Shown in pieces: positions 23,659-24,000 of a stretch of DNA of 24,000 nucleotides (its first letter is position 1; every line of letters begins with the position of its first letter). This DNA is from Acidimicrobiales bacterium (lineage in GTDB: Bacteria > Actinomycetota > Acidimicrobiia > Acidimicrobiales > Palsa-688), in the NCBI GenBank assembly GCA_035702985.1, contig DASSZD010000023.1:36130-60129 (forward strand), read 5' to 3'. The notes under the pieces are model-generated. The model worked only from the letters and a program-made list of their open reading frames with translations. It was not told the origin of the DNA and did no database searches. The position numbers and the translations under genes are program-made.

Positions 23659-24000
23659 ATGCCGGACTTCGTCTCGCCCGAACCCATCCGTTCGATGTTC
23701 GACTCCGAGATCGCCTACGGCCGGGCCTGGATGCAGTGGGCGGAGAGCACTCCGGGAGGGTGGCGGGCCCGCATGGCCGAGCGGGGGCAGAAGCCGCGGC
23801 CGAGCCGCATACCGGTCGAGTGGATCGACAAGCCCGAGTCCGGCGGGGATCGCAGCGGATCGTCCGAGACCCCGTCGCCGTGCTGCCACACCCCGGTCGT
23901 GATCGACCCCCATCCCACCCCCGCCCCGAGGGGGCTGTGCTCGCGCTGCGGGGACCTGCTCGACTACGTGGGAAGCAGCTGGGAGGCCGGCGGCCGTTGA
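23659..24000 (+). CDS. Hypothetical protein (113 aa) with CC...CxxC cysteines; no family recognised
   Basis: ATG preceded by purine-rich GAAGAAGAGACG. Third-position GC is high throughout, consistent with real coding sequence in this genome. The stop codon is the last three bases of the window. Confidence 0.45.
   Translation: MPDFVSPEPIRSMFDSEIAYGRAWMQWAESTPGGWRARMAERGQKPRPSRIPVEWIDKPESGGDRSGSSETPSPCCHTPVVIDPHPTPAPRGLCSRCGDLLDYVGSSWEAGGR

Overview
This is a very GC-rich (roughly 70% or more by eye), densely coding chromosomal window that looks like Actinomycetota. I saw no rRNA, CRISPR array, transposase, integrase or phage genes.

The centrepiece is a complete selenocysteine (Sec) island. 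It has an FdnG-type formate dehydrogenase catalytic subunit on the minus strand (3847-7152). The ORF track splits this gene in two at an in-frame TGA (6598-6600), and a SECIS-like hairpin follows that codon. Next to it lie tRNA-Sec (about 7371-7468, minus) and selA, selB and selD (plus). The dehydrogenase has no Tat signal and no FdnH/FdnI partner genes nearby. A hemerythrin-like gene and a double PRC-barrel gene follow it on the same strand.

Other content:
- The 5' part of a catalase gene running off the left edge (missing from the ORF track).
- A gluconokinase fused to a LarA-like (nickel-pincer racemase/epimerase family) domain.
- A five-gene minus-strand operon: GntR regulator, creatininase-family hydrolase and a polar amino-acid ABC transporter.
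- A UPF0718/ArsP-type permease preceded by a striking AT-rich island carrying repeated CTCACAGA motifs.
- RNase Z.
- A zinc-ribbon/TM/beta-propeller protein.
- A YbaK-like, alpha/beta-hydrolase and CocE/NonD hydrolase cluster.
- A purine-type phosphoribosyltransferase.
- A second hemerythrin-like paralogue.
- A Cys-containing hypothetical ORF.

Most of the very long ORFs in the track (816, 1045, 804, 678 and 616 aa) are antisense or off-frame artefacts of high GC3 content. Several transcription units carry a TANNNT -10 hexamer 6-8 nt upstream of the start codon, which suggests leaderless mRNAs. All calls come from reading the sequence and recalling family motifs. No database search was run.
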